Shown: positions 22,803 through 37,800 of the stretch, one piece after another
Layout: each line of letters begins with the position of its first letter
Numbering within the stretch: position 1 is the first letter of the stretch
Assembly: GCF_006345805.1 (NCBI RefSeq)
Contig: NC_043004.1
Span: forward strand, 106,516,001 to 106,580,000
DNA from: Octopus sinensis
Lineage: Eukaryota
DNA: 64,000 bases
Reading direction: 5' to 3'
Position numbers and translations under genes: made by a program
Notes under the pieces: model-generated
The model's input: only the letters and a program-made list of their open reading frames with translations
The model's database searches: none
What the model was told of the DNA's origin: nothing

Positions 22803-25800
22803 AATACCTACCTTGTAACTGCTAGAGTAAGAAGTAACTGCTAGAATAAGAATAGCTTGGGCAAAGTTCAGAGAGCTCTTACCTCTGCTGGTGACAAAAG
22901 GCCTCTCGCACAGAGTGAAAGGCAGACTGTATGATGCGTGTGTACGAACAGCCATGCTACATGGCAGTGAAACATGGGCCGTGACTGCTGAGGATATGCG
23001 TAAGCTCGCAAGAAATGAAGCCAGTATGCTCCGATGGATGTGTAATGTCAGTACTCACACTCGGCAGAGTGTAAGTACCTTGAGAGAAAAGCTGGACCTA
23101 AGAAGCATCAGTTGTGGTGTGCAAGAGAGACGTTTGCGCTGGTATGGTCATGTGGCGAGAATGGATGAAGATAGTTGTGTGAAAAAGTGCCACACCCTAG
23201 CGGTTGAGGGAACCTGTGGAAGAGGCAGACCCAGGAAAACCTGGGACGAGGTGGTGAAGCACGACCTTCGAACTTTAGGTCACTGAGGAAATGACTAGAG
23301 ACCGAGTCCTCTGGAAGTGTGCTGTGCGCGAGAAGACCCGGCAGGACAAGTGAGTCCATAACCCGTGGCCTTCTACATGGGATGGAGCCAGCCTACGTAT
23401 GCATACCTTCCCTTCTTGGGACACAAAACTCTACTTGTGAAGACCCGTTGAGGCAAGTGAGGATCAGAATCGAAATCGATCAATGGAAATTGCAGATGTG
23501 TTACCAGTGCCGGTGGCATGTAAGAGAACCTTCCGTTTCGTGACCGTTGCCAGCACCGCCCCGTTTCATGTCCGTTGCCAGCCTCGCCTGGCCCTCGTGC
23601 CGGTGGCACATAAAAAGCACCATCCGTTCGTGGCCGTTTGCCAGCTCTGTCTGGCACCTGTGCGGGTGGCACGTAAAAAGCACCCACTACACTCACGGAG
23701 TGGTTGGCGTTAGGAAGGGCATCCAGCCGTAGAAACACTGCCAGATTTGACTGGGCCTGATGAAGCCTTCTGGCTTCACAGACCCCAGTAGAACTGTCCA
23801 ACCCATGCTAGCATGGAAAACGGACGCTAAACGACGATGATGATGATGATGATGAAGCAGATGTATGATCAAATTTAATCAAGCCATAACCATTTTTTTT
23901 TTTTTTTGTTTTTGCAAGAAAATAGCATATCTGAACTACATTATCCAATATGTGTGTTTTTAAGATGGCAGGGTGTGGTTTTGGAAAGAATTGACAGCTA
24001 CTTCTCATTGGTACTTGTCTTTTGTAAATGTCAAAATGTTGTAGAAACATGCTGTCTTAAAAATCGATTGTAAATGTCTTATAAATATATAGGCATAGGA
24101 GTGGCTGTGTGGTAAGTAGCTTGCTTACGAACCACATGGTTCTGGGTTCAGTCCCACTGCATGGCACCTTGGGCAAGTGTCTTGTACTATAGCCTTGGGT
24201 CAACCAAAGCCTTGTGAGTGGATTTGCTAGATGGAAACTGAAAGAAGCCCATTGTATACATGTGTGTATATATATATATGTTGGCGATTTTTTTCCTCCG
24301 TCTTCCCTTCTCTGGATCTTTCCCTCTCCTATGTTTCCGACGAAGAGCTTCGCTCGAAACGTTAAACCCTCCTTCTTTCCTGAGCATCCAATAATACTAT
24401 ATTTGTTCCACGTCCTCGCGTTGTTGTGTTTTTTTGTGTTTTCTTGTTTGGATTAACTTTATATGTATATGTGTGTGTATGTGTTTGTGCATCTGTGTTT
24501 GTCCCCCCAACATCGCTTGACAACCGATGCTGGTGTGTTTACATCCCTGTAACTTAGCAGTTTGGCAAAAGAGACTGATAGAATAAGTACTAGGCTTACA
24601 AAGAGTAAGTCCTAGGGTCAGTTTGCTTGACTAAAGGTGGTGCTCCAGCATGGGCGCAGTCAAATGACTGAAACAAGTAAAAGAGTAAAAGAGTGTATAT
24701 GCAGCTTAGTAGATTCAATGCACTGCTACTATCCTTCTAATGTAGCCAGACATCTGTCTGTTAGAACATATTCCAACAGTATATGCCACAATCTCTATAA
24801 GTTATATATGATGCTGCATGACAGAAATGGTATAGCATCTCACAAAATGCTTTGTGGTTTCATCCCTTTATATTCTGAGTTGAAATCCCATGCAACAAGT
24901 TGACTTTGCTTTTCTTCCTTTTGAGTGTGTTAAAATAAGTACTTGGGTCAATGTGTCTGACCAGACTCTTAAAGACAATGACTGAAACTAGTAAAATGAT
25001 ACATATACTATTTTATTAGTTCATCATTTCTATTTTATCAGAATATATTTAATGATTTAGTTGTGAATGTCTGAACACAAAAAGCAGCATTAAACAAGAA
25101 CCCACCACTACAGGTTCCTGAGACTCACATTTAGAGTGCTGATAGAGTTTTTCTCTCTTGGACTAGAAGAGTGCTTCCCTTTCCATTAGTAATATCTCCC
25201 AGCCAAAGACATCAAGAAACCATCTATTATCTTGATCTGACTGTTTCACTGAATGGCTTAAATAATAAATTTGCTTCAGGAGATTTCTACTTATTAACTT
25301 TTCTAACTCATTATAACAAGTGGCTATAGATGTCCCTTCTCTTGCAGAATGAAAACTGGAAAAAAATGGTGACCACTTATCACTTTCCAAAGTGCTAATC
25401 CATTTTTCTAAATAGGATTACATAGCTAACATAGGATTACATTTTAGTGAAACTAAGGCCATGTGGGAAGCATGTTATTCAAGCATCAAACCTTCATCCA
25501 TTTCTACAAATGTCTCAGGCTGGGACTTCTTTCCTGGGGAATATATTCATAGTACAGGAACCTTCTGAATAAGGCTACTGATCCCTTCTATAAAAAGTGA
25601 GAATCTGTTGGTTGGCACACAGCCATGACACTTATTAAGAAAATTACATAATACACTGTAGATCATGAAATTATATAATTCTATGTACAAAATATATTTG
25701 GATATTAACTGTTGTGAAGCTGAATAAAACCTAATTAATTAACTTACTAAACTGGTATAGTCTTCCTTAGCCCATTAACATTCATATTACTTCGTCAAAT

Positions 25801-28800
25801 GTAATGCTTATTTATTCACATTGTTTTTAATTAATCATGCATTATCTCCAAAACTTTGATGTTGTGATTGTTTATTTTTAAAATAACATTGTATGGTAGG
25901 TGTGAGAGGCTAGATCTGTTTGAACATAAAACAGATTAAATATTTGGCCCAGAAATGGCTTTTTTAAATACTAATGGGTTAATGGTAGAACTCTAACATT
26001 GTTTTAGTGTAATTCTAGAGATATATTTTGGTATAGAGTTAATTGGAACATTTATTGTATAAATACTACTGACCTTTGTTTATTTATCTGTTGTGTTGTT
26101 TACTTTCTGTGGTTTAAATAACATAAGCAGGTTCAGCATAATATGAGGTTGATGTTTCTTGCAGGTGGACAATTATCCAGCATCTGTCCAATCATTTGCA
26201 GAGGGTAGTTACAATTCAACTTTGTCAAACAGTCCTCATCACACACCACAGGTTGAAGCACCTGACATCTACGTTGAAGAGGAATCAGCTGATTCTCAGG
26301 CTTCCAGTGGTACTACTATATCAGCCGGTACGTACACTTCGTTTCTTTTCATGTATATATAGTAGGCGTAGGAGTGGCTGTGTGGTAAGTAGCTTGCTTA
26401 TGAACCACATGAGGTTTCCTTGTTGGATCAAGTGGCTCCCTTAAATGATAGCTTTATATAAAGTTGCTCTGTGTCTCATCACTCAACATATATTTCAGAT
26501 GTAAAATGTTTTCTAAAAAATATCTCCTGTACACCTATTTATAGTTGGAGCCTTTTTTGTTTTTCCAGCATCTTCGTCGCCTTTACCAATTCCACAAGAT
26601 GATAAAGATATCTCTGTTAACACTGAAGTAGATATTTCTGACAGAACTTCAGGTATAGTTTGTTGATTTCATTATTGCACCTACAATAAATTGTATTTAT
26701 ATTCAGTTTATTGTCCTCGGTATTTATTTATCAACTGGTACACTGACTTTCCTCTTTAGAACTACCTTTAGTTCCCTTTCTGTCTTTTAATTCCTCGCAT
26801 ATTTTACCAACCTACAACTTTTTATAAATATCATTAACCACATCAATGTCTAACTATAACACAAGACCTTAAATCTATACTGAAGTTATATAGACAATTG
26901 AATCAGTCTTAGTACGTTACTTCTACTTGTTTTATAGATCAGAGAAGGACTACACTAACAAACGATTCTTTGCATATTTGCTTGACCTAGACAAATATAG
27001 CAGAGACCTCCCCTGAAAGAAAGATATAATGATCTTGGCTGTGATGCCTTTGTTCATAGATTTTCTTTCAAACAAGGTTGACTTAGTGCAAACAATAATA
27101 ACTACATAAGGATGGCAACCAAAGCCAATATAGGCAGGATTTGAACTCAGAATATAGATATACATAATCAAATACTGCAAGATATTTTGTCTAGCTGTCG
27201 AATGCTTTTGATATCACTCCACCACTCTAATAACATTTACCAAATTAACATTTCTTGTAGGTGCAGGCATGGTTGTGTGGTTAAGAAGTTTGCTTCCCAA
27301 CCACATGGTTTTTAGTTCTGTCTCACCTGCATAGTATCTTAGGAAAGTGTCTTCTATTGTAGCCCTAGGCCAACCAAAGCTTTGCTCATGGATTTGGTTG
27401 ACAAAAACTGAAAAAAGCCCATTGTGTGTGCATGTGTCTCTGTTGCTTTGTATTATCATAGTATAGCTGTTGTAAATGAATGCCATTCATTTCCAATATT
27501 CTCAAAAACATGTCTAGCCAAGGGGAAATCTTACCTTGCTTGGAAACAGGTATGGGTTGGTGACAGAAAGGGCAACCATAGAAAATCTGCTTCAATAAAT
27601 TTTGCTTCATCTATGCAAGCATGATAAAACGGATGTTAAGTGATGATGTTGATGACATCTCATATGTTACTAATCTTGGAAGGTCCCTTTAGACTGACTG
27701 CTTTCTTCCTTAAAAAAAATCATTTGAAGCAAAGCAAAAATCACTAATCTTAAATGATATTCCTCCAATGAAGTAATCTCTGAATGAAAAGCTAGTTATA
27801 CAACATATATCTGTGGGGATTGTGATAGTGTATGGTAATGAAACAAGGCAGAATATCTGTAACAATTAAAGAACACGGTGAGTTGAATCTGTTTGATGAA
27901 CAATGTTTATTTGCAAAATTGGTTGTTGTTCAGCTCCAAATTGCCTCTGACTGAGAGCTATGATCAGGAATATTCTAATTAGGACCATCCTGTCTGCTTG
28001 TTTCACAGACATGCTGTACTTTGGGCAAAAGTTTTCAATTTTTATTTTTCAAGCTTGTAAGATGTTGTCTGAGAGTGATTTGGTTACCATATCTAGTAGA
28101 TCAAATAACTACACATAGGCTCCTACATTGTGGAATTGCTTGGATGCATATGAGTTACGAAAGTGACTGGGCAAAACTGCATTCTTCAAAACTTCCATGC
28201 TTCCTGAGATTTTCCAACACTACACCTGATTTTCTCCCCTCCATACACACGCAAACATGTATCTGACTCATACACTGTTCACTTTTCAAACATTTGCACA
28301 TTACTGCATATGCTTTATACGCACTCTTGACAAGTTGTGGTGCACCTGAGCACTGTGTACAATAATTTCATTATTATATTATTATTAAAAACAGTGGCAA
28401 ATGGATGCAAGGGAGACAACCACACTAGCTAGCATGGAGATGAAATGTTGGTGACTGACATATACCTGATGAAAGAGTTACTTTAAATTGATTGAGGAGG
28501 AGGATATGTGAAGTGAAAGTAGCCAATCAATTCTTAGTGTTGGGGAATAAATGAGTTATTGTTCTTAAATACTTAGCTAAAACTTCACAGGTTTTACAGA
28601 TAATAGGTTTGGATATCACTAATGTGTTTTCTTGTCAGACATATCTCCCTAACATAGAGAAAAACAGGGTTTCCTCTTCAGTGCTAGAAAATACACCTGC
28701 ACTGAATAATTGATGGTCCTCTATTTTGTGTATGTACTTCAGCTGTTGTACAACCATTCTGAGGTACACACAACAAACAAAGATCTTTTGAATAGTAGAG

Positions 28801-31800
28801 TAACAGCCACCAAGCAGTTCAGTACATTATCTAGATTATGACTGTATGCATTTGTTGTTGTGTATCTGCCAATAATTCTGCAATGTTTTCTACTCTTGAG
28901 GACTGAGGATGTAAGGGTTTAATTATATGAACCTTTGGCCTTTCAGCTAGAAGTCTAGTACTCTACCAGTTCATCCTTTTGCAAGTCAAGTCTGAGTTAC
29001 GATTTAGTGTAATTTGCTCAGCATAATCCGCTTTTCCAAATGATCCAGTGACGTAAAACTGGACAGGTTAAAATCATTTCTATTAAATAAATATACAGAC
29101 TCGTGTTTATGGGTCACTGAATCCTTGTGAACTGTTAAATAACAATTAGCATCAGTTGGTCAGTTCTAAACTGCCAAATAAAGGCCATGTACATCTATTT
29201 TCAAAGGGAAACTAAATATGAATAGGTACAAATCCAGTTATTCATAATCTACACTGAATTGGGAGTCTAATAGTTATTTCTAATTGCCAGTTATCTTATA
29301 TGCACTGTTTATATGTAGTCATAGGAAAGTATAGGGATTCTGTAGTTGTAACAAATATTTTGTACACTAATCCCTCACCATGTAGCGGTTCCCCTATCAC
29401 CGTTTATTATTTAAGCTTACGTCGATTCCTCCATGTTGTTGTTTTGCATTTATAATAAAATAAATACATACAAATTATGAAAATAATAAAACAAAATATA
29501 CAGTACAGTACTGTTTCTACTTTGCGGATTTTCACCTATCGCAGGGCAGTTTGGAACATAACACCCATGACAGTCGAGGGATTACAGTATTTGGACATCT
29601 TCCCATTTTCTTTCTTATGCTTAGACTGTTTTCACAATTTACATGATTTTGGGCCCATGAAATAAGCAAGTGATATTTAACATCACCATTCATGATGTTA
29701 TCATCACCCTATTCATTAAACCTTCCTTCTCAACTAATAACAGTTTCCACTGCATTCCATATCTGTTGTTCATACATCTTCAAGAAGAATTAAATACTTT
29801 GTTTATAAGAATTTTTCAACTTTCTTCATTTTGACTTTATCTAACTGTGTGATTGTTACTGTTTTGTTTTCAATATATTAATGGATCAATTATTTTATCC
29901 ATTTCATTATCATCTAGCAACCAAAGATACTTTATTAGTTGGTAATTTAGATTCTAATCTAAATTCATCACCTAAAAGTGATGTACCTTTTGGAAGTCAA
30001 GAGTCTTCTTCACCAGGAAATGTTCGAGATGAAAGAGATGGTAAACTGAGGGTTGTAATAAGGGACAGGAAATGTGAGTTGTTTTCTTTCCTTCAACAGA
30101 TCTTTCAAAATCAATGAGACATTATTTGTCATTTTTCTTTCTCTTTTCTAAAATTTAGTTTTTTATTTTTATTTTTTGTGTAATTCCATCCAGTTATATA
30201 ATCAGGCAGATGTATAGACCATTTGTAACAAATGAGAATACTTACAAGTCCAATACCCCAGTTGTGGTCTGCTTTGTTTTCTTTTCTTACTACAATGTAA
30301 GACTATAATATTCATTTTATAAACTCTGTTGACTATTTCATAAACTATGTTTGATTATGAGAAAGTGTGAACCAAAAACTTAATTCACAGAGCAGTGTGG
30401 CATAAAATCTATTGAACTATTGTGATATTTTTGGCTGTTAGATTTGCTGGACTATTAGCCCTTATGATACCAACTGTCTGAGACCAGCCCTGGTTCTACA
30501 GTATAGAAAATCATGTTTTAAAATGATCGTAATTAAAACCTTTCTGCAAAATTCCATGTTATGTCCAAAACACCACTTTAGTAATGAGTTATTTTAACTA
30601 ATTTTTTTTCCTTTTTGCTAAATTTTTTAAATAAATAGAAACAATAGCAGTTTATTTCAAAAGAAATAAAACGACAAAAGTGTTCATGTTTGATCAGCTC
30701 TCTAAACATAATACTTCTCTGTTGAGATTAGTTCTAGAAACATTCTTTAGTTGTGTTTACTCTGATGCAAGCGTTTGAAGCAGATACTTAACTCTTTCCC
30801 CATACTTGTTTTTCATATGGCCATCAACTCCATCAATCTCATTAGACTGGGAAAGCCTGCAAAGATTATGAGTCTTGTTTTAAAGTTTTATTTGAAAAAA
30901 TATTTGGCTGTTGTATTGGTAAACCAAATGAGTTTGAAGAGAAGTTCTTTCATTGTCTACAAATCATGTGCCTTTAATAAAGTTCCTTTGCTACTTTGTG
31001 TTGTTTTAGGCTGGTTTATTACACTTGATGGGAAGTTTTGGTGCTTAGATTAGGAGCTCTGATGTGTAATTATTACCAGAAAACTCTTTCTATTATGTTT
31101 CTTTTACTGTTTTGTATGAGTAAAATGTTAGGATAATGCTTGGCACATTCTTCTATCTCTTCCATTCCCCTATATCAATTCTTAATTTTCTCATATTTAG
31201 TCTCTTCATCAAAATGTTGTGCTTAATGGAAACATCTTTGTTACGTTCTCTAGCAAAGCCGTCAGCAATTGTAAAATTTTGCTCTCCATTCCAATAGATA
31301 ACACTGATGATATTGGGAATGAAGAACAAGAAAAGAAACGGACAGTATTGAGTCGAATACCTGGGTTCCGTACATCCACTGGAAACATGGCAAGTTTGAG
31401 AATGCCTTTGTGAGTAATGGATATGAATATCTTTATAATATATTCTTTTCTTCTTTGGTTTGTCTTAGTTTAAAAATAACAGTATGTAACTGTTCCATAA
31501 TTGATAAAGTAAGTGTATTGACAGAATTTGGTAGGGAAGTCTGCAGAATTTTAACTGTAATATCAGCAATGATCACCTTGTCTAAGGTATTAACTGCTTG
31601 AGAGTTATATCTAAATAATGGCTGTCTGCCTGCTTGTCTGCCTGAACCCCCTCTCTGTATGTATGTGTATGTGTGTGTGTGTGCATGTGTGTATGTATAT
31701 ATATGTGCATGTATATATGTATGTGTGCATGTGTGTGTGTGTATGTATGCATATATTGTATATATAAAACAAACTAAAAATAATGGTCATTACATAGTTT

Positions 31801-31848
31801 TCCTTTATTGGAGCAAATTTGCCCAGATTAATAATCCCACACTGTTTA

Positions 31849-31884
<36 letters not shown>

Positions 31885-34800
31885 TGCAGACATGGTTATG
31901 TGACCAGAAGTTTGCTTCCCAATCATACAATTTCTGTTTCAGTCCTGCTTTGTGGCACCTTGGGCAAGTGTCTTTTATTCTAACTTTAGGTCAACCAAAG
32001 CCATGTGAGTGGATTTGCTCGACAAAAACTGAAAGAAACCTGTTTTGTGTGTGTGTTACTATCCCCTTATACATTACTGGTTTACTTATTTTTCAGCATC
32101 AACAGTTCCCCTATTCCTTTTCTTGTTTAGAATACCATGATAGTTTTGAGAGTGTAGAATAGATGACTTACATGATCAGAGAGTGAAAATAGAGCAGTGG
32201 TGAATTTATGCTGCTTAATGACTAAATATTGTTATTCAAAATATAGGTTAGATAACATCAATCAGCACAATGTGTGTCATTGACTATGTGTCTCTGCAGA
32301 TATTACTACTTGCTTAATGATGAAGTAGAGGCGTGTGGCTTGGTGGTTAGGGTGTTGGATTTATGATCATAAGATTGCGGTTTCAATTCCTGGGCCAGGT
32401 GATGCATAGTGTTCTTGAGCAAAACACTTCATTTCATGTTGCTCTAATCCACTCAGCTGGTAAGAATGAGTAATCCTGCGAGGGACCAGTGTCCTGTTCA
32501 GGGAGGAAGATATACAATAGAGAAACCTGAAACTAGCCCTGTGCCCCTTTTGAAGTAATGTGGAGGACTAACCACTTAATGATAAAGGAAAGAGACTAGA
32601 CTGTCTAATTCCAGTCAAATAGATAATGTAGAGTCTATTCAAAGAATCCCTAGTTACATTTCTTTGTGGATTTTGAGTCTGTTCAAAAGAGATCCTGGTG
32701 ATATTTCTTCTTGTCCTCTCTAATTTCAGTGAAGCTCATGAACATCCTCTGCTGGCTAAATGTGAACGTATTCCTGTTATTGTCTACGATACAGAACCAA
32801 GCTCCATCATTGCATATGCTCTCAGGTAAGACCCACTTCATTGTTGTTCTTTCTTCTTTATTAATGATATCCGAGATATAAAATCATTTATTGTTTTTTT
32901 GTTATTGTTTTGTGCTTAGTCAGCCCAAATCAAGCAAATTTATGATCAAGTGCATCCACCCATGACATACTGTCTGTTTTTTTTGTGTGTATCTAAGACT
33001 GCCATTATCTGATGTATATTTCCTTTTTTAAGATGGTAGGTTGTGGTTTTCATTGATCAAGCACTTGATTTCTTTTACTTGTAGCTATAATTTTATTCTG
33101 TGATTTAGTGCCATATAAAAGCACCTATGCTGGTGCCACGTAAAAAGTACCCAGTACACTCTGTAAAGTGGTTGACATTAGGAAGGGGATCCAGCCATAG
33201 AAATCATGTTAAAATAGACAAACAAAAACCTGGGAAGCTGGCCAGCTCCTGTCAAACCATCCACCCATGCCAGCAGGGAAAACACAGACATCAACTCACA
33301 GCGATTGTCTTAGACTTATGAAACAGCATCACCTTTTCTAGTTCATTAAATGATGATGATTAAAGGTATTTTCTTGTAAAGGAACAAAGCATGTTCACAG
33401 GATGAAAAGGTGAAATAACTGACACATTGTAAGGTAATATGTAAGGTAATGAGATGTCAGAATCATTAGCAGCTTTTCATTCATCTTTACATTCTGAAAT
33501 TGAATTCTACTGAGGTCAGCTTTGCCTTTCATCCTTTCAGGGTTGGTAAAATAATTATTTCTTTATTGCCCACAGGGGGCTAAAAACAGAGGGGACAGAC
33601 AAGGGGATTAAGTTGATTACATCGACCCCAGTGATTAACTGATACTTATTTAATCAGCCCCGAAAGGATGAAAGGCAAAGTCAACCTCGGCAGTATCTGA
33701 ACTCAGAACGTAATGGCAGACGAAATACCTCTAGGCATTTTGCCCGGTGTGTTAATGTTTCTGCCAGCTCACTGCCTTAAAATTGGTAAAATATGTACCA
33801 GTTGATCACTGGGGTTGATGTAATTGACATACCCACTCCACCAAAATTACTGGCCTTGTGCCAAAATTTGAAGCCAATATTAAAATTAATAGTCTAACAT
33901 TTATTTCTTTTTCTTATAGCTCTCGGGATTATCATTGTCGACTCCAAGAAATTCAAAGTCAACTTGGTTCTGTACAGAGAGACTCACCTTCTGCAAGGTA
34001 GGTTCAAACTATTATATTTAGTTTTATTTAGTTATGATTGCTGTTCTCTTTATGTGCATCAACTATACATATATCATCTGCTGGTTAGTTATTATTGCTG
34101 TCACTGTATATATTACCTATAAAATATGATCTTAATGAAAAGAAAAAAAAATTTTTTTGGCATTATTGCTTGAAATTACATCAAAGTTCATTATAGAAAT
34201 AAGTCAATGTATGGTATTTCTTTGTAACATTCTATAATATGCTTATTTAGCTTGCGTGAATGTAGTATATTTTCAATTTAACAATTTGTTAAACTAGTAG
34301 TATACTTAACAGATAGTCTTACCACAAACCCAGGTATGCTCACATTATTTTATACCTTTTTAATATTGTTAATTATTTTATTTTTGCATTTATTTATTTA
34401 TTAAGTAGACTCAAAGAAGTATAATTCCTTTGTTTTAATTATAAAAAGAAAATTATTTTTGCTGCTTTTAACCAGTTGTGAAATAAATAATTTCCTCTTA
34501 AGTAATAAATTGATACTCAAAATTAATTATTGCTTTTGCTAGTGTTTATTAAATTAGCAACTGTTTGAGCTACTGTTATCATTTTAATTTTCATCTGACT
34601 TGTTATATTCTCACATCCAAAAATATACCTTGTCTGAAATACTATGAGTTACTGTGACTAATAAAATATGTGTATTAAAACTATTTGTTACACTTGAAAA
34701 TGATTTGAGAATATATCAATTGAATTATTGTGTAAATAAAATCAAAGAATATTACATAGAAGCTTAATTAGTTCTTACTATTCTTAGAAATATAGCTATG

Positions 34801-37800
34801 TAATATAATTATGTAAACTTTTTATTATCAAGTAAACATTGTGATTTATATTCTACTGTGGTACTTTTAATTGATTTTTAATTCATTACTTTGGCATGAG
34901 AAAGTGCATCCAGCCATAGAAGCCATGTCACAACAGACGGTGGGGTCTGGTGCAGTCCTCTGGCTGTTGTCAAACTGTCCAAATGGAAAACAAATGTTAA
35001 ATGATAATGACAATAATACTTTGATCCTCATATGTATAGAGGACTTTGCCACTGTGTAATATTCTTTCAGTTGTGAGTTCCAGTTTGGGTGATAATCTTA
35101 ATCTGTATCTGGCTTAACATCACCACCTGGCCCTTAGGTGCCTTTTGCAGAGTCTACTCTGTTGCAAACATTCAAACCAGATCTTTCATCTGAATATAAC
35201 TCAATATTTTGATACACTATACTCTTCCATTACTTATATTATACAACAAACCACAGACTTGAAGTATTTTCCAGACAATATATATTACCTAATAATAAGT
35301 TTCAACAATACACTACGATTGATTGACATTACTCTGTAAGGAGCATAGTGCCAGTTTCCTGGTTTCTCTGGCATATATATTCCTCCTTGGATGGGACACC
35401 AGTCTGTCTCAGGATTACTCTCTTTTGCCAGCTGAGTGGACTGAAGCAATGAGAAACGAAGTGTTTTGCTCAAAAACACAACACATCGCCCAGTCCAGGA
35501 ATTGAAACCACAATCTTAGGATCATGAGTCCAACTACTAAACCATGTGCCTCCATTAAGCCATGTGCATCCTTTAAGCCATGCACCTCCATTAATCCATG
35601 TACCTCCATACATTTAACAACATTCAGTTCATATTCAGAAGTTATAGAAAATATATTTGTTTTCATTTAAGAAGCTCCAGACCTTGAATTGAGATTTAGC
35701 ATTAATCTATTTTATTTTAACTTCAGTCCAGAACATCAACGGAGAAATCTGAAGGCTGAAAATGCAAGGAATCTTCCACTGAAGACTTCTACTGTAGGTT
35801 TGAATTCTAACCCTGAGCAAGGTAACTGTTTTTTAATAACTTTGATTTTACTGGATTGTAACTATTATATCTTAGTAGAGCATAAACCACTATACTAACA
35901 CAATGTCTACCTTTTGTTATCTTAAATAGTTTAGCTTCTATGATCATCATGTTGTTAGTGTATCAGTAATAATGAAGATTGTATTTCTGTATAGCTCATT
36001 AGATGAAATATTATCAGTTCATCTATTTTTTTTCTAATTTTGTATTATATAATTTTTATGGTTTATAATTCATTTAAATTTGTATAATTTTTATTAATTG
36101 ATATTTTTATCAAAACAGCCAATGTTCCCTTTGAATACATTTATGTTATATCTTAGCCTGTACAACACACTTGAAACAATGTTTATACTGAATTTTTTAT
36201 TGCCAAAGTGAAGCCCCATTTGCTATATAGTTGTTATATTTTATTTCTTTATTGCTCACAAGGGGTTAAACACAGAGGGGACAAACAAAGGGATTAAGTC
36301 AATTGCATCGACCCCAGTGCGTAACTGGTACTTATTTTATTGACCCCGAAAGGATGAAAGATAAAGTCAACCACAGCGAAATTTGAGCTCAGAACGTAAC
36401 AACAGACGAAATACCGCTAAGCATTTCACCCGGCGTGCTTACGTTTCTGCCAGCTTGCCGCCATTGAACAGGCCTCGTCATCCATCTTTAAACGGATCTA
36501 AAACATGGATACAGTCAAGCAAGTACCTAGGAGTTCGTCATTGCAAAATTGCAAAAACTTATACACACACACACATGCGCGCGCACACACACACCACTGT
36601 ACTGACCAGACTATTGGATGACGTTATAGACCACTGGTCACATTGCATTTTCTTGCATTGTTGTAGCTTTTTGAATGATGCTACCCCACTGGCTAGGCAA
36701 GCAAGCCAACATTCCTCATGAATGCAATGCCAATCTATCTAAAAGTTGCCGATTTTGACAGCTGAGTGGACTGGAGCAAAGTGAAACGCAGTGTTTTGCT
36801 CCAAAACACAACACACCACTTGGTCTGGTAATCAAAGCCATGATCGTGCAATCATAAATGCAACACCCTAACCACTAGGTCATGTGCTTTAACAAACACA
36901 CACATGTACAACTAATAGCATTTTCTTGTGTACTGGAATTTGTGGATATGCAGCTGAATATACTTACCAGCTATGTACTATTAGATATTTGTTATACAAA
37001 TATATTTGTTCACTGTTGAAGTATTTACATCATACACATGTATATATATATATGATGTTTGGTCTTACTACTTTAGGTTGTATTTTGCTTTCCATTCATT
37101 CTGAGTTGATAAAACTAGTGTCAGTTATGTATGAAGCACCTCAGTCAACTCTACCCCTACCCAGCAAATTTATGTCTTTGTACCAATGTCAGAAATATAT
37201 TAAAGAGCTTAGACTGTTATGTGTACAAATACCCACCTTAATTAGATTCCGTCAAATATATTCTTTCTACCTAGTCATTGCTACACACAGAATATTCATA
37301 TCTTCACATTACAGCACTGGTTGTGTCAATGTCTACTACTTGATGTAATGATAAGTATCCATTTAAAAAAAGTTAAGATTTACCAACCTGTCTAATCCAT
37401 TTCTGCCATAGAAAAATTGATGTTAAATAGAGTTAAGTTAAAATGTCACTGGATTGAAAAGCTTATGCTATATATATATAACAAAAATGGGCACAATATG
37501 GGTAAGATATGGAAAAAGTTATGGACAATATTTAACCAACTGAAACTTAAGAACTACAACTAACACTAATCTTAAAGAAGTTAATTTCCTAAACATTAAT
37601 ATGAATCTTAGTACAGGCAGATTTAAACCCTACCATATAACAAATGAAAATATATCCTATATGGACATAGGCTGTAACTATGCGTTATCAATTAACAAAC
37701 AATCAGTTAATAGCATTAGTAGGTGAGTTTCCAACCTACATGCTGATAAATCTACTTCCAAAAAGGCTACTCCATACTACAATGCTGCATTAGAAAAGTC

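Larger units (their letters stand above)
24092..24693 (+). mobile_element. tRNA-derived SINE family 1, full-length copy; others about 42733-43113 (+), 48858-49205, 50885-51250 and 63523-63920 (-); partial copies at 7078, 8100, 17160, 26365, 27262, 31883, 59990
   Basis: Pol III A/B-box head GGCRYAGGAGTGGCTGTGTGGTAAG...GGTTCAGTCCCACTGC, CCTTGGGCAAGTGTCTTCTACTATAGCC domain, central microsatellite, tail AAACAAGTAAAAGAGT. Confidence 0.9.

Noticed and set aside
23755-23790. CTGATGA as another hammerhead core
   Set aside because: No GAAA box or stems I/III follow; it is ordinary RTE 3' UTR sequence.
31201-31297. Upstream acceptor (atttag at 31200) for exon 15
   Set aside because: In the required phase it reaches TAA at 31224-31226; the acceptor at 31297 gives an open frame.
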